A stretch of 64,000 bases of DNA from Octopus sinensis (GCF_006345805.1 NC_043002.1:5146001-5210000); one strand, 5' to 3'; numbered from the stretch's first letter, positions 25,423-39,707 are shown. Notes: generated from the letters alone by a model not told the origin. Program-made: numbers and translations.

Positions 25423-25616
25423 TACTAATATAGGATGAAGTTTGTTTACAGAAAAAAAATTCCATCAAAAAATGTGGCAGCATATTAAAATACCTTTAAG
25501 GTTAAGATCATAAACAACTTACAAATAAGGTTAAAATCATTATACATATATACATACATACATATAAAGTACGATTTATTCGTGATCAGAGTTGTTCGAA
25601 AACCACGGTTCTATTG
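25327..25616. mobile_element. Tigger/pogo-like MITE with TA TSD
   Basis: ~55-bp imperfect TIRs (CAGTAGTACTTCGGCTTTCGAACAACTCT versus CAATAGAACCGTGGTTTTCGAACAACTCT) flanked by TA. Internal (TA)n. Confidence 0.75.
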
Positions 25617-25971
25617 TATATGTAACCTATGTATGTATATATGTATGTATGTATGTATGTATATATATATATACACATACGTTACATATACATATACATA
25701 CATACATATACGTATATATACATAATATATATGTATATGTATATGTATTTGTATATGTATATATATATGTGTGTGTGTGTGTGTATGTATTTACATGTAA
25801 GAATGAATCAACGTGGGGGTGTACGGATTAGGTGGAAGATAGGGCTAATTATTGCATTAGTGTTAAACATTTTCTTTCATAATTATGCACGGACACTCCC
25901 CCACAACTGACCGCTCACCGACCGATTGGCCGTTTCGTAATAAACCGATAACCACTGAATCTTGACCTTAC

Positions 25972-26044
25972 GATAAATCGTGATGAAAAGCATCAGCTGC
26001 CATAAAGCAACGCCAAAGAACTTAGCCTGACGCCTTGACAACAT
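25972..26044 (-). CDS. Candidate first coding exon encoding a signal peptide or anchor (MLSRRQAKFFGVALWQLMLFITIY)
   Basis: ATG with A at -3, basic N-region then a hydrophobic stretch, donor C|GTAAGG. No homology recognised. Confidence 0.3.
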
Positions 26045-26563
26045 TTCTAATATTAATCGTATAAATGATTTTGAAGACTTCAAGAATGTTCTAGATTTTT
26101 TTTTACTTTTGTTGTTGTTGTTGTTGTTGTTGTCAGTGTGGTTGTATTTGTTATTTTGCACTGTTTTGGTTTCATGCATAAATAACTTTCGATTGTAATC
26201 CGATCTTATTAAGTTAATGAACTAATATGCTATGGAGATGAAAAGATAATACGTACGCTTCGCTTAGGCCAGTCAATGAGGATTTGCACATTTTTTTTGC
26301 AAATTGGTCAGGACGAATAATGTACAGGAAGATGACGAAATCAGATGGCGTTGGAGTCGGTTTAAAGGGGATTTACGGTTTAGAAAATAAATCCAACTGG
26401 TGGTCATATCGAGCTAAATACAATCTATTCGGTTTGGAGAATTAGTGTTAGAGGAAAGATTAGCAACTATTCAGGGATTTATTGTTCATATACATATATT
26501 TACATATGAAAACACATACACACGATGTTTCTTTCACCACGTCTCTCTCTCTCCCTCTCTCTG

Positions 26564-26603
<40 letters not shown>

Positions 26604-26821
26604 ATACAAATGAATGTATTTATGTGTGTATACACATATGCATATATGCGTGTGGATATATATAAACATATACATATACAAGTACACATACACACACATA
26701 TATATGTGTGTATATGTATGTGTATATGTATATATGTATATACATATATATGTAAATATACATATATGTATATATGCACACACATATATCTATATAAATA
26801 TATATTCGCATATAATGTATG

Positions 26822-26859
<38 letters not shown>

Positions 26860-27092
26860 ATATATATATATATTAAACATATATCTATATATATATATAT
26901 ATATATATAAATATATATATAAATATATATATATGCATGTATATGTGTGTGTGTATATGCACACGTATACACACGCATACACACATACACACACACACAT
27001 ATATTCACATATATGTGTATGTATATTATATATTTACATATATATATGCATGTATGTGTGTGTGTGTGTATGCGCATTTATATGTATATATG

Positions 27093-27953
27093 CAGGGCGC
27101 GATAGGTAAATTGTCGCCATTTTATATTTTTAAGTTTGCGCATGTGCATTTGTTTTTTTTAAATTTTGTCGACTACACAGTATTGTAGGGTCAGTTTGGC
27201 ACCGTCTGTGAGAAAAACAGCACCATGACGCAATTCACTCTGCCAGAAATTTGGAAACGACATGCTGTAGTGCTTGACATTCACGCCGGAAGCTCAAATA
27301 TGAATATTTCAGAGTGCTTAGGTGTCAATCTGAGGACAGTGCAATCTGTGGAACATGTACCGAGAGTGATAAAAATCAAACATCCAGTCAGCATCATGGT
27401 GTTTGGAGTGATCACTTGTGATGGCGACGTTTTGCCTCCATTCATCTTCCCACACGGCTTCAGACTCAACATGAATGCCTACATCAAGTGTCTGGAGGAG
27501 GTAGTGCTGCCCTGGGTCAAGAAGGTGGCTGCTGGAAGACCCTATGTCTAGCAACAGGACTCTGCACCATGCCACACAAGCAGGAGAACTCAGTCATGGA
27601 TGTCAGACAATTTCTGCAACCACATCACCCCTAACATCTGGCCACCTAAGTCCCTTGATTATTATGTGCGGGGCGCAGTTGAGCGAGAGACTAACAAAAC
27701 TCCTTGTAACACTAAAGATGAACTGAAGGCAAGGATTATGGCAGCGTTCACCAACTTAAGCAAGGAAACCGTTTAGAAGAGTTGCAGGAGATTCCGAAGT
27801 TCTCTGGAGGCCGTGGTTGATGCCAATGGTGATTTTATTGAATAAATTTACTGTCTTGTATTTTAAGATATTTCTAAGTAGTTCTAAGTAGTTAAAATGC
27901 GATGCCAGTGTTATTTTGCGTAATTTAGACGACAGTTTATTTACCGCATCCTG
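27093..27953 (+). mobile_element. maT/DD37D-like Tc1-mariner element, internally deleted
   Basis: KHPVSIMVFGVI..PPFIFP..YIKCLEEVVLPW..YV*QQDSAPCH..WPP.S-LDY. 24-bp imperfect TIRs CAGGGCGCGATAGGTAAATTGTCG / CAGGATGCGGTAAATAAACTGTCG. Five codons are missing before the third Asp, so the spacing is inferred. Confidence 0.85.
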
Positions 27954-28249
27954 TATATATGCAAATATGAGATATTTTTTTATAAATGAATGTATCTGTA
28001 TGTCTATATGTATATTATATATGTATGTATGTATATTTATATATATACATATATGTATATATCTACATACACACACACATTAATGTATGTATATATCTAT
28101 ATGTCTACGAGCGCATATGTGTGTGTTTGCGTGTGCGCACAAGTACATTATGTGGTCGATTCGTGTCAAACTCCAAAAATACCAATTCTTCTCCTCCACC
28201 CCAGACCATAAACCTCATTACCCCCCCCACACACACATACACACTACAA

Positions 28250-29250
28250 ACCTTCACTGTTTACTTTCTCTCCAAGATTCATAACGATAACAGATCTTGT
28301 CGAACCGTCGTTTCTCACTAAAACTGCTCTTCAGAACTCACGTCCAAATACTTCGAGTAGCTCTTCTCACTCTTGATTGCTGTCCTCCCATTACACATGC
28401 TTGGCGTTAATCAACCCCCCGCCTCTTCATCTCTTTCTCCTTCTTCCCATTTACTTATTATCATGGATATTAACCTCCTCTACAACATGTTCTTGCACAA
28501 CAATGGTCTCCTAGCTCTTCAATTCTACTTGAACCACCTCGCTACGCGCTGCTCTAGCAGCTTCACTATTCTCCACCTCACAATTACATATTCTTTTGGA
28601 CATAGGCGACATGGTAGACCCCCAACTAAGCCAACCTGTTTGTTGGTTGCCTTTAGGACTAGATCTCCATCCACCTATCCAGACCTCCTCATTCCCTTCA
28701 TTGCACAGCCTCTGTCAATTTCCAGACATCCGTTTCCAATGGCTGCCTAAACATCCATTTACACAGACCTACCGACTGTCGCCCCTACCTCAAGTCCATA
28801 GCATTCCACTTCTTTGACAATAAGTTATTCTCTGCACGGAATTTATCCACCACTGTAGTTAAAATTAACATAGAAGATGAGTCCCACCAAGTGAGCTGAC
28901 CTCTTCCTCAAACGTAGTTAAATTCCAAGCAACCGATGTCGTTGCCCACCGTTGTTTCCTCGCTAATGGTTACATTTTTGCTCTCCTTCGTTACCCACTT
29001 TCTCCATAAAATGCCCTCTCTTTTTCTCATCTTCTATTCTTCCTCACCAGTGGCCGCAAAATTTCAGTCCTAATCAATCTGATCCTGCTTATATTAATTT
29101 TTTTTCTGGACACCCATTTTCTTTCAAACGTGACCGAAACATGGGTGACTTTCTAATCCATCGTTCCTTCACTGCTCGCCATACTCAACGTTCCGATGGA
29201 ACTAAGGAGACTAGGTTTGCATTAGCTTTTCCAAAAGCTAACAGGATTCG
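28250..29250 (+). mobile_element. Highly decayed L2/CR1-type LINE endonuclease region
   Basis: Fragments resembling APE motifs (GRPP, GCLNIH ~ GDLNIH, PTK*ADLFL ~ PTH..LDL, LDTHFPFK ~ LD.HAP.K), with many stops and frameshifts. Confidence 0.35.
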
Positions 29251-30207
29251 TTACTCACATCTCCAGGGAGAAGCGTCACTGCTTTGGTGACGAGGAGGGA
29301 TATTAACTCGGATCGAATAGGTTTGGTATAAATACCGCAAGACATCTTATCCGACTCTCTAACGATTCCGTTAATCTACTCTGGATTAGTAGCTTTTATC
29401 AACTTCAAAGGGATGAAAGAAACGTTGATCACAGTATTATCTGAACATAGCATACAGATAGCGAGAATAAATACCACAAGGCATCTAGCCAACACAGTAA
29501 AAACTCTTGTTATGATTATATATAATAATGGGATTGAAAAGCAGAAACACTCCCGTGTGGTATTGAGTTACGTGCCTCTTTTTTTTATTATTTTAAATTC
29601 CACAGTCAGTCGATGTAAAACGGTACGATTGCGTCTGGGTTGGAAGCATTTTGGGATTGGATTAGCGGAGTAGATGCTTTATTGTATCTAATCATTTCTT
29701 TCTTTCTTTCTTTAACTTCCTCAGTTCAAATACCACTGATATCGCTTTCGCCCTTTTATCCTTCCAAAGTCGATAAAAAGAAGTACATGTAACCTACTCT
29801 GGTCAAGTTATTCAACTGTAGCCATCACAAAAATATTTGTACTAATTTTAGAAATTTGCTTTATTTATATAGTAGTAGTAATAATAGTAGTAGTTGTTGT
29901 AGTAGTAGTAGTGGTGGTGGTGGTGGTAGTAGTAGTATTAGTAGTTGTAGTAGTAGTTGTTGTTGTAGTGGTAGTATAACGTGTGGTGTTACTTTCATCA
30001 AAAGTACGAGAGGAAATGGAATTTGAGCCGAGATTAGCTTTCTAGTTCAAACGTAGACGAGAGACCAGATGGATAGCATCCAAATAATGGTTGGCCATCG
30101 AAATCGCCTATGCACTTACACACACGCACTCCATGTACTCGTACTTCGTATTTTTTCGGTGTACACGTTTCGTGATGTCCTGTGCCCACATATGCATATA
30201 CATACAT

Positions 30208-30241
<34 letters not shown>

Positions 30242-30245
30242 CACA

Positions 30246-30296
<51 letters not shown>

Positions 30297-30300
<4 letters not shown>

Positions 30301-30389
30301 ACCAAGAAAAAAGCAACAAGAATGGATTAGTAGTTTAGTACAATTGTTTCATACTAAAAGCAATTCTTGTTGCTTTTTTCTTTGTTATA
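30297..30389 (-). mobile_element. Tiny fold-back element with a hammerhead 3' half (family 3 related)
   Basis: Inverted arms 30297-30323 and 30363-30389. The minus-strand spacer contains GAAACAATTGTA followed by sequence similar to 2353-2385. Abuts (TA)n. Confidence 0.5.
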
Positions 30390-30508
30390 ATCACCCCACA
30401 TTATTTTATGGTTAATACCATAAAGAATTCTGGTGCATCTAAGTTAAGTACCTGCATTCATGTGAATTCATTGGAACTCACTTGAATCTTAATTGTTTTT
30501 GCTGAAAG

Positions 30509-30644
<136 letters not shown>

Positions 30645-31720
30645 CAGTGGTTGAACATAATAATGGAAACCCCTTAAAATTTCAAACAAATTAGTTTTAA
30701 TAATGGGGAAGGACCGCCTTTGGCAGTAATTACACCTTGAATTCTCGTACTGAGTTTGAATTGTTTCCAAAGAAATTTTTGTCCATTCTTCAGCTAAAAC
30801 AGTCTCCAGTTCTTGTAGTGATGATGGTGGAGGATATCGACTCCTTACTTGTTTTTCTAAATGCGCCATATATGTTCGATAATATTGAAATCTGGGGACT
30901 GTGGTGGCCAGATAAGATGTTCAACTTCACTAGAATGTTCTTCGTGCCATTCAGTAATAAGTTTAGCTGTGTGAATTAATGCATTATCATCCTGAAAGAT
31001 TGCATTTCCCTCCGGAAACAGTTCCGCAACAGTAGGATGCACTTGATCAGATAAAATGCTTACAAAGTCTTGACTATTAATTCTGCCATGAAGGGAAACC
31101 ATTGGGCCGGTGGATTTCCAAGATATAGCCCCCCACCCCAGATCATCACAGATCCTCATCCATGTTTAACAGTTTAACAGTCTGGGTCAAATGTTTCTTT
31201 TGGCTGTCTCCACATGTATACTCGGCTGGTGGTCGGAAATAAGGTAAAGGATGACTCGTCCGAGAAAATAACATTCTTCTGCTGCTCTAGGGACCAATTT
31301 TGTAGCTTCTTACTCCACTCTAAACGTTTTGCAACGTTTGTCTTTGAAAGTAGTGGTTTTCTGATTGCAGCCCTCCCGTGAAATCCTGCTTTGTGCGGCT
31401 CCTGGCCAACAGGTTTTGTGGAAACAGGGTTCTGGAGGTGGTCACTAAGCTCTGCAGTAATTTTGGGAGCTGTACTTTTGTGATCCTTTCTAACAATAGG
31501 CGTAAGAGCCCCTATCTGAAAAGTTTGGGTTTTGTTCCGGAGTTTTGTTTCGATGAGGAGGTTTTCCCTCTTTCTCAAAGGCTGTCGTTACTTTCGAGAC
31601 AGTACTTTTTGATACACCAAACATTTGAGCTGTTTTTGTTACACTAGCGCCTGCCATACGAGCACCAACAATTTGACCTCTTTGAAAGTCCGATAAATCT
31701 GTCATTTTAATGAATTTTAA
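30645..31720 (-). mobile_element. Tc1-like transposon, DD36E spacing, frameshifted
   Basis: MTDLSDFQRGQIVGARMAGAS..VIFSDES..WGAISW..FQDDNALIHTAK..WPPQSPDFNIIE. There are 36 residues between the second D and E. One end (CAGTGG after TA) at 30645; the other TIR is not seen. Confidence 0.9.
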
Positions 31721-31959
31721 TTACCTTTCTCTGGCGAGTAAACACATGCTAAGAAGGATTAATAAATACATAAGGAAGGTATCTAATTTCTCTTTATGGC
31801 GTAACACAATCGAGGTTTGAGACCAAACGAAACACTTCTAGAGCTAAGTTCATACAATTCGATATAGTAGACTTTTATCCATCGATATCAAAAATGTTAC
31901 TTGATAGGGCGTTAGTGTATGCTAGACGAATTACCGATATAAGTGACAGAGAAATAGAT

Positions 31960-33075
31960 ATAATTATGCACGCTAGGAAAACGCTACTATTCAACCAGGA
32001 TTCAACTTGAGCCAAACGAACTGACCTTGAAGGCTCATTCGACGTCGCGATGGGGGAGGGGATACGACGGCGCTGATATTTGCTTTAGACAGGCTTAGAA
32101 AATACATCATACACACCCTCAACGACCTTGGCATTAAAATCACCATAGAAAGTAACCTCACTGTGGTGAACTTCTTGGATGAAACGCTTGATCTAGTTAG
32201 TAGCACCTACAGACCATACCGTAAATCGAATGATAGGCTATCGTACATTAATACATATTTCTTTACTACCTACAAGGGGATAAACATAGAGAGGACAAAC
32301 AAGGACAGACAAACGGATTTAGTCGATTAGAACGACCCCAGTGCGTAACTGGTACTTATTTAATCGACCCCGAAAGGATGAAAGGCAAATTCGACCTCGG
32401 CGGAATTTGAACTCAGAACGTAACGGCAGACGAAATACATTTTGCCCGGCGTGCTAACGATTCTGCCAGCTCGCCGCCTTATAATACAGCCTCCTGCCAC
32501 CCACCTATAGTGTTCAAAAAACTAATAAAAGGTATCAGTAAACGGATTTCGACCTTATCTTCAAATAAAGGTATTTTCGACGCAGCGGCTCCCGCTTACA
32601 CTGAGGCGCTAACGACCAGCGGGTTCAAAGAGAATATAGTATATATACCAGGATTGAGTAACCATAAAAGGAAACGCCACCGCAAGACCTTATGGTTCGC
32701 TCCCCGTTTCTCCCTAAACATCCGGACATGCATAGGTAAGATTTTTCTTAGGTTGGTTGGTAAGCATTTCACGCGATCACACAAATATAGAAAGATCTTT
32801 AACTGACATAATTTAAGAATCTCTTTCAGTTGTGTACTCAGTGTTAAGAAAAAATTACTTGGCCCTCCTAAACCACGGGCAGTGGCAGGTTGTTCGTGTA
32901 GGATTAGAAATGAATGCCCAGTGGACGGCCGATGTAACACCGAGGCTACAGTGTACCAAGCAAAGGTAGACTCAAACAGAAGCAGTACAGATATCAGTAA
33001 CATCAATGCCAACAGAGGGACACACACGAAAATTTATGTCGGATCTTGTGGAGGTCAAATGAGGTTAAATATATA
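31960..33075 (+). mobile_element. Penelope-like element remnant (RT C-terminus and GIY-YIG), interrupted by SINE B
   Basis: GIKITIESNLTVVNFLDETLDL..YRPYRK..YINT|ASCHPP..WFAPRFS..KHF..KIFN..CSCR..CPVDGRC..VYQAKV..IYVG. Confidence 0.88.
32256..32481 (-). mobile_element. SINE B1 with 7-bp TSD TAATACA
   Basis: TSD at 32249-32255 and 32482-32488. Removing the insertion restores YINTASCHPP. Confidence 0.93.
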
Positions 33076-33086
33076 AAACTATACAT

Positions 33087-33255
33087 GCGCAGGAGTGGCT
33101 GTGTGGTAAGTAGCTTGTTTACCAACCACATGGTTCCGGGTTCAGTCCCACTGCATGGCACCTTGGGCAAGTATCTTCTACTATAGCCCCGGGCCGACCA
33201 ATGCCTTGTGGGTGGATTAGGTAGACGGAAACTGAAAGAAGCCCGACGTATATAC

Positions 33256-33304
<49 letters not shown>

Positions 33305-33525
33305 TGTGTGTGTTTGTGTATCTGTGTTTGTCCCCCTAGCATTGCTTGACAACCGATGCTGGTGTGTTTATGTCCCCGTTACTTAGCGGTTCGGCAAAAG
33401 AGACCGATAGAATAAGTACTGGGCTTACAAAAGAATAAGTCCCGGGGTCGAGTTGCTCGATTAAAGGCGGTGCTCCAGCATGGCTGCAGTCGAATGACTG
33501 AAACAAGTAAAAGAGTAAAAAGAGA
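33087..33525 (+). mobile_element. SINE A full length
   Basis: Near-consensus copy. Confidence 0.93.
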
Positions 33526-33550
33526 GTATGCGCGCATAAAAATATACTCA

Positions 33551-33806
33551 TGGCTGTGGGGTAAGAAACTTGCTTCTCAGCCACATTGTTCCAGGTTCAG
33601 TCCCACTGCGTGGCACCTTGGGCAAGTGTCTTATACTATATATACACGACAGGCTTCTTTCAGTTTCCGTCTACCAAATCCACTCCCAAGGATTTGGTCG
33701 GCCCGCGACTATAGAAAAAGACACTTGCCACAAGGTGCCACGCAGTGGAATTTGAACCTGGAACCATCTGGTTGGTAAGCAAGCTACTTACCACACAGCC
33801 ACGCGT
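33551..33806. mobile_element. Two SINE A 5' halves in inverted orientation
   Basis: Plus head 33551-33640 and minus head ~33646-33806. Confidence 0.85.
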
Positions 33807-34000
33807 ATATTTTTATGCGCGCATGTATAGGTTTATATATATGACCTCATATGACCTCCAGATATGTTCAGCTGGCAGAGTCTCAAAGTACAGCGAACAT
33901 AATAACACCGCTTGGACAAATGCACTTTGCTCACACGCAAACACGCAAACACACACACAATGCACAGCACATACGCGCAAAACACACACATACAACACAT

Positions 34001-34035
<35 letters not shown>

Positions 34036-34197
34036 CATATATATATATATATATATATTCATGTATATATATGATTCCATATCTAAATCTATCTATCTAT
34101 ATGCACGTACAAAATACGTTTATATATAAATGTCTAACAATATATATATAGATATGGAGGTAGATACAGAGGGAGAAAGAGAGAGAGAGAGAGAGGA

Positions 34198-34232
<35 letters not shown>

Positions 34233-34869
34233 ATTGGGTATTATTACGGTAAGTAGACAAGGAAAGAACTGTAGACAGAGAGAAAATTAGAATTCCGTAG
34301 ACGACGTCTTCGACGAATTCACTTCATCATTGCCTGCATCTCTACTGAACCGAAGAGCGAGGCACGATTTCTCTCGAAGAATGAGATTAAATGAATGTAA
34401 CTTAACTATGTAGAAGAAATGGCTGGACAAAATGGTAAATAATGACGGATGGTGGTGGTGCTGGTGGTGGTGGTGGTGGTGCTGGTGACGATGATGGTAG
34501 CATGAAGGAAAATTATGTCAGCAAAAATGGTGGAATATTGTAAAAAGATACAGAAAACATAAATGTTCGATAGGGAAACATTTTCTCAATTAACTCAAAA
34601 TTCTAGCGTAGAATAAATAAATGGATTTAAAACAGAGACAACAGTCAAAGACAGGAATAGAAACAGAGTCGGTATGCGTGTGTGTGGTGTTTATTGAATT
34701 ACTGTAATTTGTGTGGCTTTACTCTGTATATATTCGTGTGTGTATGTGTGTGTGTGTGTGTGTGTGTGTATACATACGTACGTGTACAAGACGTTTGCAA
34801 CTCTCATAGCTCTGCCATCAAATATGCGAACTTTATACTTACACGTACATATTCAGAAACACATGTATT

Positions 34870-34944
<75 letters not shown>

Positions 34945-35038
34945 TACACTCACACACAGGTGCGCACACACACATGCACACACACATGCACACACACATG
35001 CACACACATATGTATGTTAGTATATGTATATATACAGA

Positions 35039-35505
<467 letters not shown>

Positions 35506-37059
35506 ATATACATACACACATACATTTAGATACAGATAGACATATGTGTGTAAAGCATAAACATACCAATAATTACGTGTTGTAAACGAAATAAGGAAAA
35601 GGGAAGTTTATCGGCTTAGCCATGGGAGGAAGGGCGATGCTCACAATCTTTTGCACGTCTTGGGAGGAGATCCGTGTGAAAAATAGTCGGAAGTTATCCT
35701 TAGACCAGGGACATAAAAGACTTTGACAAAACTCGAACGCTTGATAAACCTCTTGGCAAATCAACATCTCTCTTTCCAAATATTAAGGACTGGATCGGGC
35801 ACTCTAATTGGCTTCCGCACCGTTTTCCTTTGTCAAACTACCTTTGCTAGGTTTTTGTCGAAAAGAAGATATTGCCAAAGCTATTGGTCAAGATTGCACA
35901 CAGTGGGTTAGATCCTCAAAGCACGAAGTTACGAAGCAAACTTGTTAATTATGCTGTTATGCCAATCGCACTTAACAGGAGTCAACCTTCGAGTTCGAAA
36001 AGACAGCCGCTAGGTGTATATTGTTTCAGTTACATTCACTACTACGCAAGGGTCTTTAAACCTTTGAAGTGTCAATTCTCACCTAAATGTACCCAGTATA
36101 AGAATCCACCTCTCTTTATACTGCCACCTGGATAAATACGAAAAGAATTTTACATCAAATGTGTTAAAAATACTTCGGTTATTTCAAATAAAGCGCACAA
36201 AATATAGTTCCCATACACCTGGGTGGGACATCAGTCTACAGTAAGTAATATTTTCTGATGATCCCCACTTGACTATTAAGTGAACTGAGGTAATATAAAA
36301 CTTTTTGCGTTGGTCAGAAAGATACTGAAATATATATATACAGGAAATTAACCTAAGACTGCTGAGCTGGTAATCTCTGACGAAGTCCGCTCAGCCGTTT
36401 TGCTTTCGCGTAAATAATTGACCCACTTCAAATTTACTACTTCGAACCCCTTGGCAAATCAACATCTCTCTTTCCAAATATTAATTAACGTAACTTCATC
36501 TAATTATATATCTAATCCGCTTCCTTTAATCCAATCAGCGAGGCCCTGATATGCGTATGGGCATTTTCCCCACCTACACAGTCTTACATTAACGATTAGC
36601 GAGAGTCAATGTGGTCATTAAGCCTACTAAAAATAGTAGCCAGATCTCCTGCAAATCAAACCGCCTCAAAAAGGAAAAGTCTCGTTCTATAAAGTAATCT
36701 TGGATACGTAATGCTTGGTATTTACAATCACCATACTTAATGCCCTCTCAGTTGCAGCTGTCGCAGACGAAATGGCCATGAGTGGATGACCCGTGAACAT
36801 AGATCTGCTGTTTCAGGTCTACCTAGGGCAAACGACAGTTAATTATTCAAAGAACAAGTACTGCTACACCCATATTTCATGCTCTCTTAGTCACTGCTGA
36901 CCAACCTGGTTGCTATTATCGTTCTTTAGACATAGGTGAGCTCTAGTCGAGCAGACCCTGGGGTCATCAATAACAAGAGGAAGAATTTCAATAAGTAAAG
37001 TAGAAGTAATAAATATGTTTCACATAGTACACATATACAAGTGAACTAGTATCTCATTA

Positions 37060-37483
37060 TATATACACACACACACTCTTTCATACATACATACATACAT
37101 ACATACACACACACACATACATACATACATACATACATACATGCATACATACATACATACATACATACATACATACATACATACATACATACGTACACAC
37201 ACACACACATACATACATACATACATACATACATACATACATACATACATACACGTATGCATGCATACATTCATACATTTTGTAAGGGGAACAGTAAAAA
37301 TGTGTAAGACTTCTCTAAAGTTCAGCAGACATCATTTTCTTGTTATTCAGATTCCAGTAATGGGGTTTAGTTTCTTTGTTAGAAATCAGTTCCATTCTTA
37401 TCAACATTCTTTTCAGCATTATCACCACCTTCCCCCTCTTCATCATCACCATCACCACCACCACCACCACCACCACCACCACC

Positions 37484-37514
<31 letters not shown>

Positions 37515-37575
37515 GTATTGTCGTCTTCGTCGTCGTGTCATCATCATCATCACCACCATTATCATCATCATCTAT
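37060..37575. repeat. (CATA)n and (CAC/CAT)n microsatellites
   Basis: Seen directly. Confidence 0.9.
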
Positions 37576-37996
37576 AGCTAACGGTACCACAACAATAAAT
37601 ATACTAGCAACAACATCAGTTACTACACTTTCTAATGAAAGAGGTTAGTAACCTAAAAAAACAAACAAAAGATGCCGTAGCTAAAAAAACAAACAAAAAC
37701 AAAAAAATAAGCAAAACTAATTCGACTGAAATGAAAAGCAAAAAGGAAAGAAAAAAAGAAAACCAGGAATGAAAAAGTTAAAGGTGTTTAAAATAAAGCA
37801 GGTGGGAAATATTTGGAAAATAACTAAAAAAAAAAAAAGAAAAATGAGCCCCAAAGCTAATAAGATTATTAAACAACAAACATATTTTCCAACCGCCTAT
37901 CAAACAGCACCCCAACCTTTTTTTAGACGTATCTTTACCTTGTTTTCAACTGTTGGCCCTTAACATTTCGCACAAAAGTTTTACGTTTAGCTACAC

Positions 37997-38408
37997 TCTT
38001 TACTCTTTACTCTTTTACTTGTTTCAGTCATTTGACTGCGGCCATGCTGGAGCACCGTCTTTAGTCGAGCAAATCGACCCAGGGACTTATTCTTTGTAAG
38101 CCCAGTACTTATTCTATCGGTCTCTTTTGCCGAACCGCTAAGTGACGGGGACGTAAACACACCAGCATCGGTTGTGAAGCAATGCTAGGGGGACAAACAC
38201 AGACATAGAAACACACACTCACACACATATATATATACATATATACGACAGGCTTCTTTCAGTTTCCGTTTACCAAATCCACTCACAAGGCATTGGTCGG
38301 CCCGGGGCTATAGCAGAAGACACTTGCCCAAGATGCCACGTAGCGGGTCTGAACCCGGAACCATGTGGTTGGTTAGCAAGCTACTTACCACACAGCCACT
38401 CCTGCGCC
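37997..38408 (-). mobile_element. SINE A full length
   Basis: Near-consensus reverse copy. Confidence 0.93.
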
Positions 38409-38645
38409 TGTTTTTTTGTTAAGTGCTGCCCATTTTAAAAACCATTTTTGCTTTTCTTTAGCAGCTGACCATTCTCTTTACTGTAATATTCCCAGCCATG
38501 ATTAAGTTTTACATTTAACAATCAGAGCATTATTCTCTTAGCATTATTCTCGTCGGTTACCAAACTGAACATCCACTCCAAATCTTACTCACTCTGCTCT
38601 CTCTCTATGCCTACCTACCTACCTACCTACCTGCTTTTCTATCTA

Positions 38646-38750
<105 letters not shown>

Positions 38751-38785
38751 CTATCTATCTCTCTATCTACCTCTCTATCTACCTC

Positions 38786-38869
<84 letters not shown>

Positions 38870-38871
38870 AA

Positions 38872-39076
38872 GTGAATCCAAACAAGAAAGCACAAAAAAA
38901 CACAACAACGCGAGGACGTGGAACAAATAAAGTATTATTGGACGCTCAGGAAAGAAGGAAAGAAGGAGGGTTTAACGTTTCGAGCGGAGCTCTTCGTCGG
39001 AAACATAGGAGAAAGAAAGATCCAGAGAAGGGAAGACAGAGGAAAAAAAATCGCCAACGGTACACACGAGGTCACA

Positions 39077-39077
<1 letters not shown>
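38872..39077 (-). mobile_element. Family 1 PLE-like 3'-end element inserted into a (TATC)n array
   Basis: Matches 1759-1967, with an identical hammerhead-like 35-mer at 38970-39004. (TATC)n on both sides (38640-38870 and 39078-39195). Confidence 0.7.
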
Positions 39078-39146
<69 letters not shown>

Positions 39147-39707
39147 CCTACCTACCTATCTACCTACCTCTCTCTCTCTCTATCTATCTATCTATCTCAC
39201 CCCCTCTCTTTCATTATCTCTCTATCTATTGCTCTTCTTCTCCCTCATTCCCGTATTCCTCTCTTCTTCCTCTCCCTCTCCTTTGCTTCACTCTGGCAAG
39301 TATGGAGGTAAACAAAAATCAATGGGAACGATTCTTAATTATTCATTATAGATTTATTATGTGTTTAGAAATTCTTGTTTGGATATTCGATGCAGGAAAA
39401 ATATTAGCTTGTCGATATCTATTGATGCTATTGAATTAAAACGTGCGAACGATGCATTCATTCACTCATTCATTCATGTGTGCGTATATGTTAGTGTGTG
39501 TGTGTGTATTGTGTGTGTGTGTGCGTTTATACATGCATGCATCTACATTCACATACGCATAAATACATACGTGCTTATTAATATATAGACATAGATGCAT
39601 ACATGAATATATATATATATATATATATAACAGACATTCATACATGCATATATACACACATAGATAAAATATATGTAGATATGTGTGTATGTATGTATAC
39701 TATGTAT

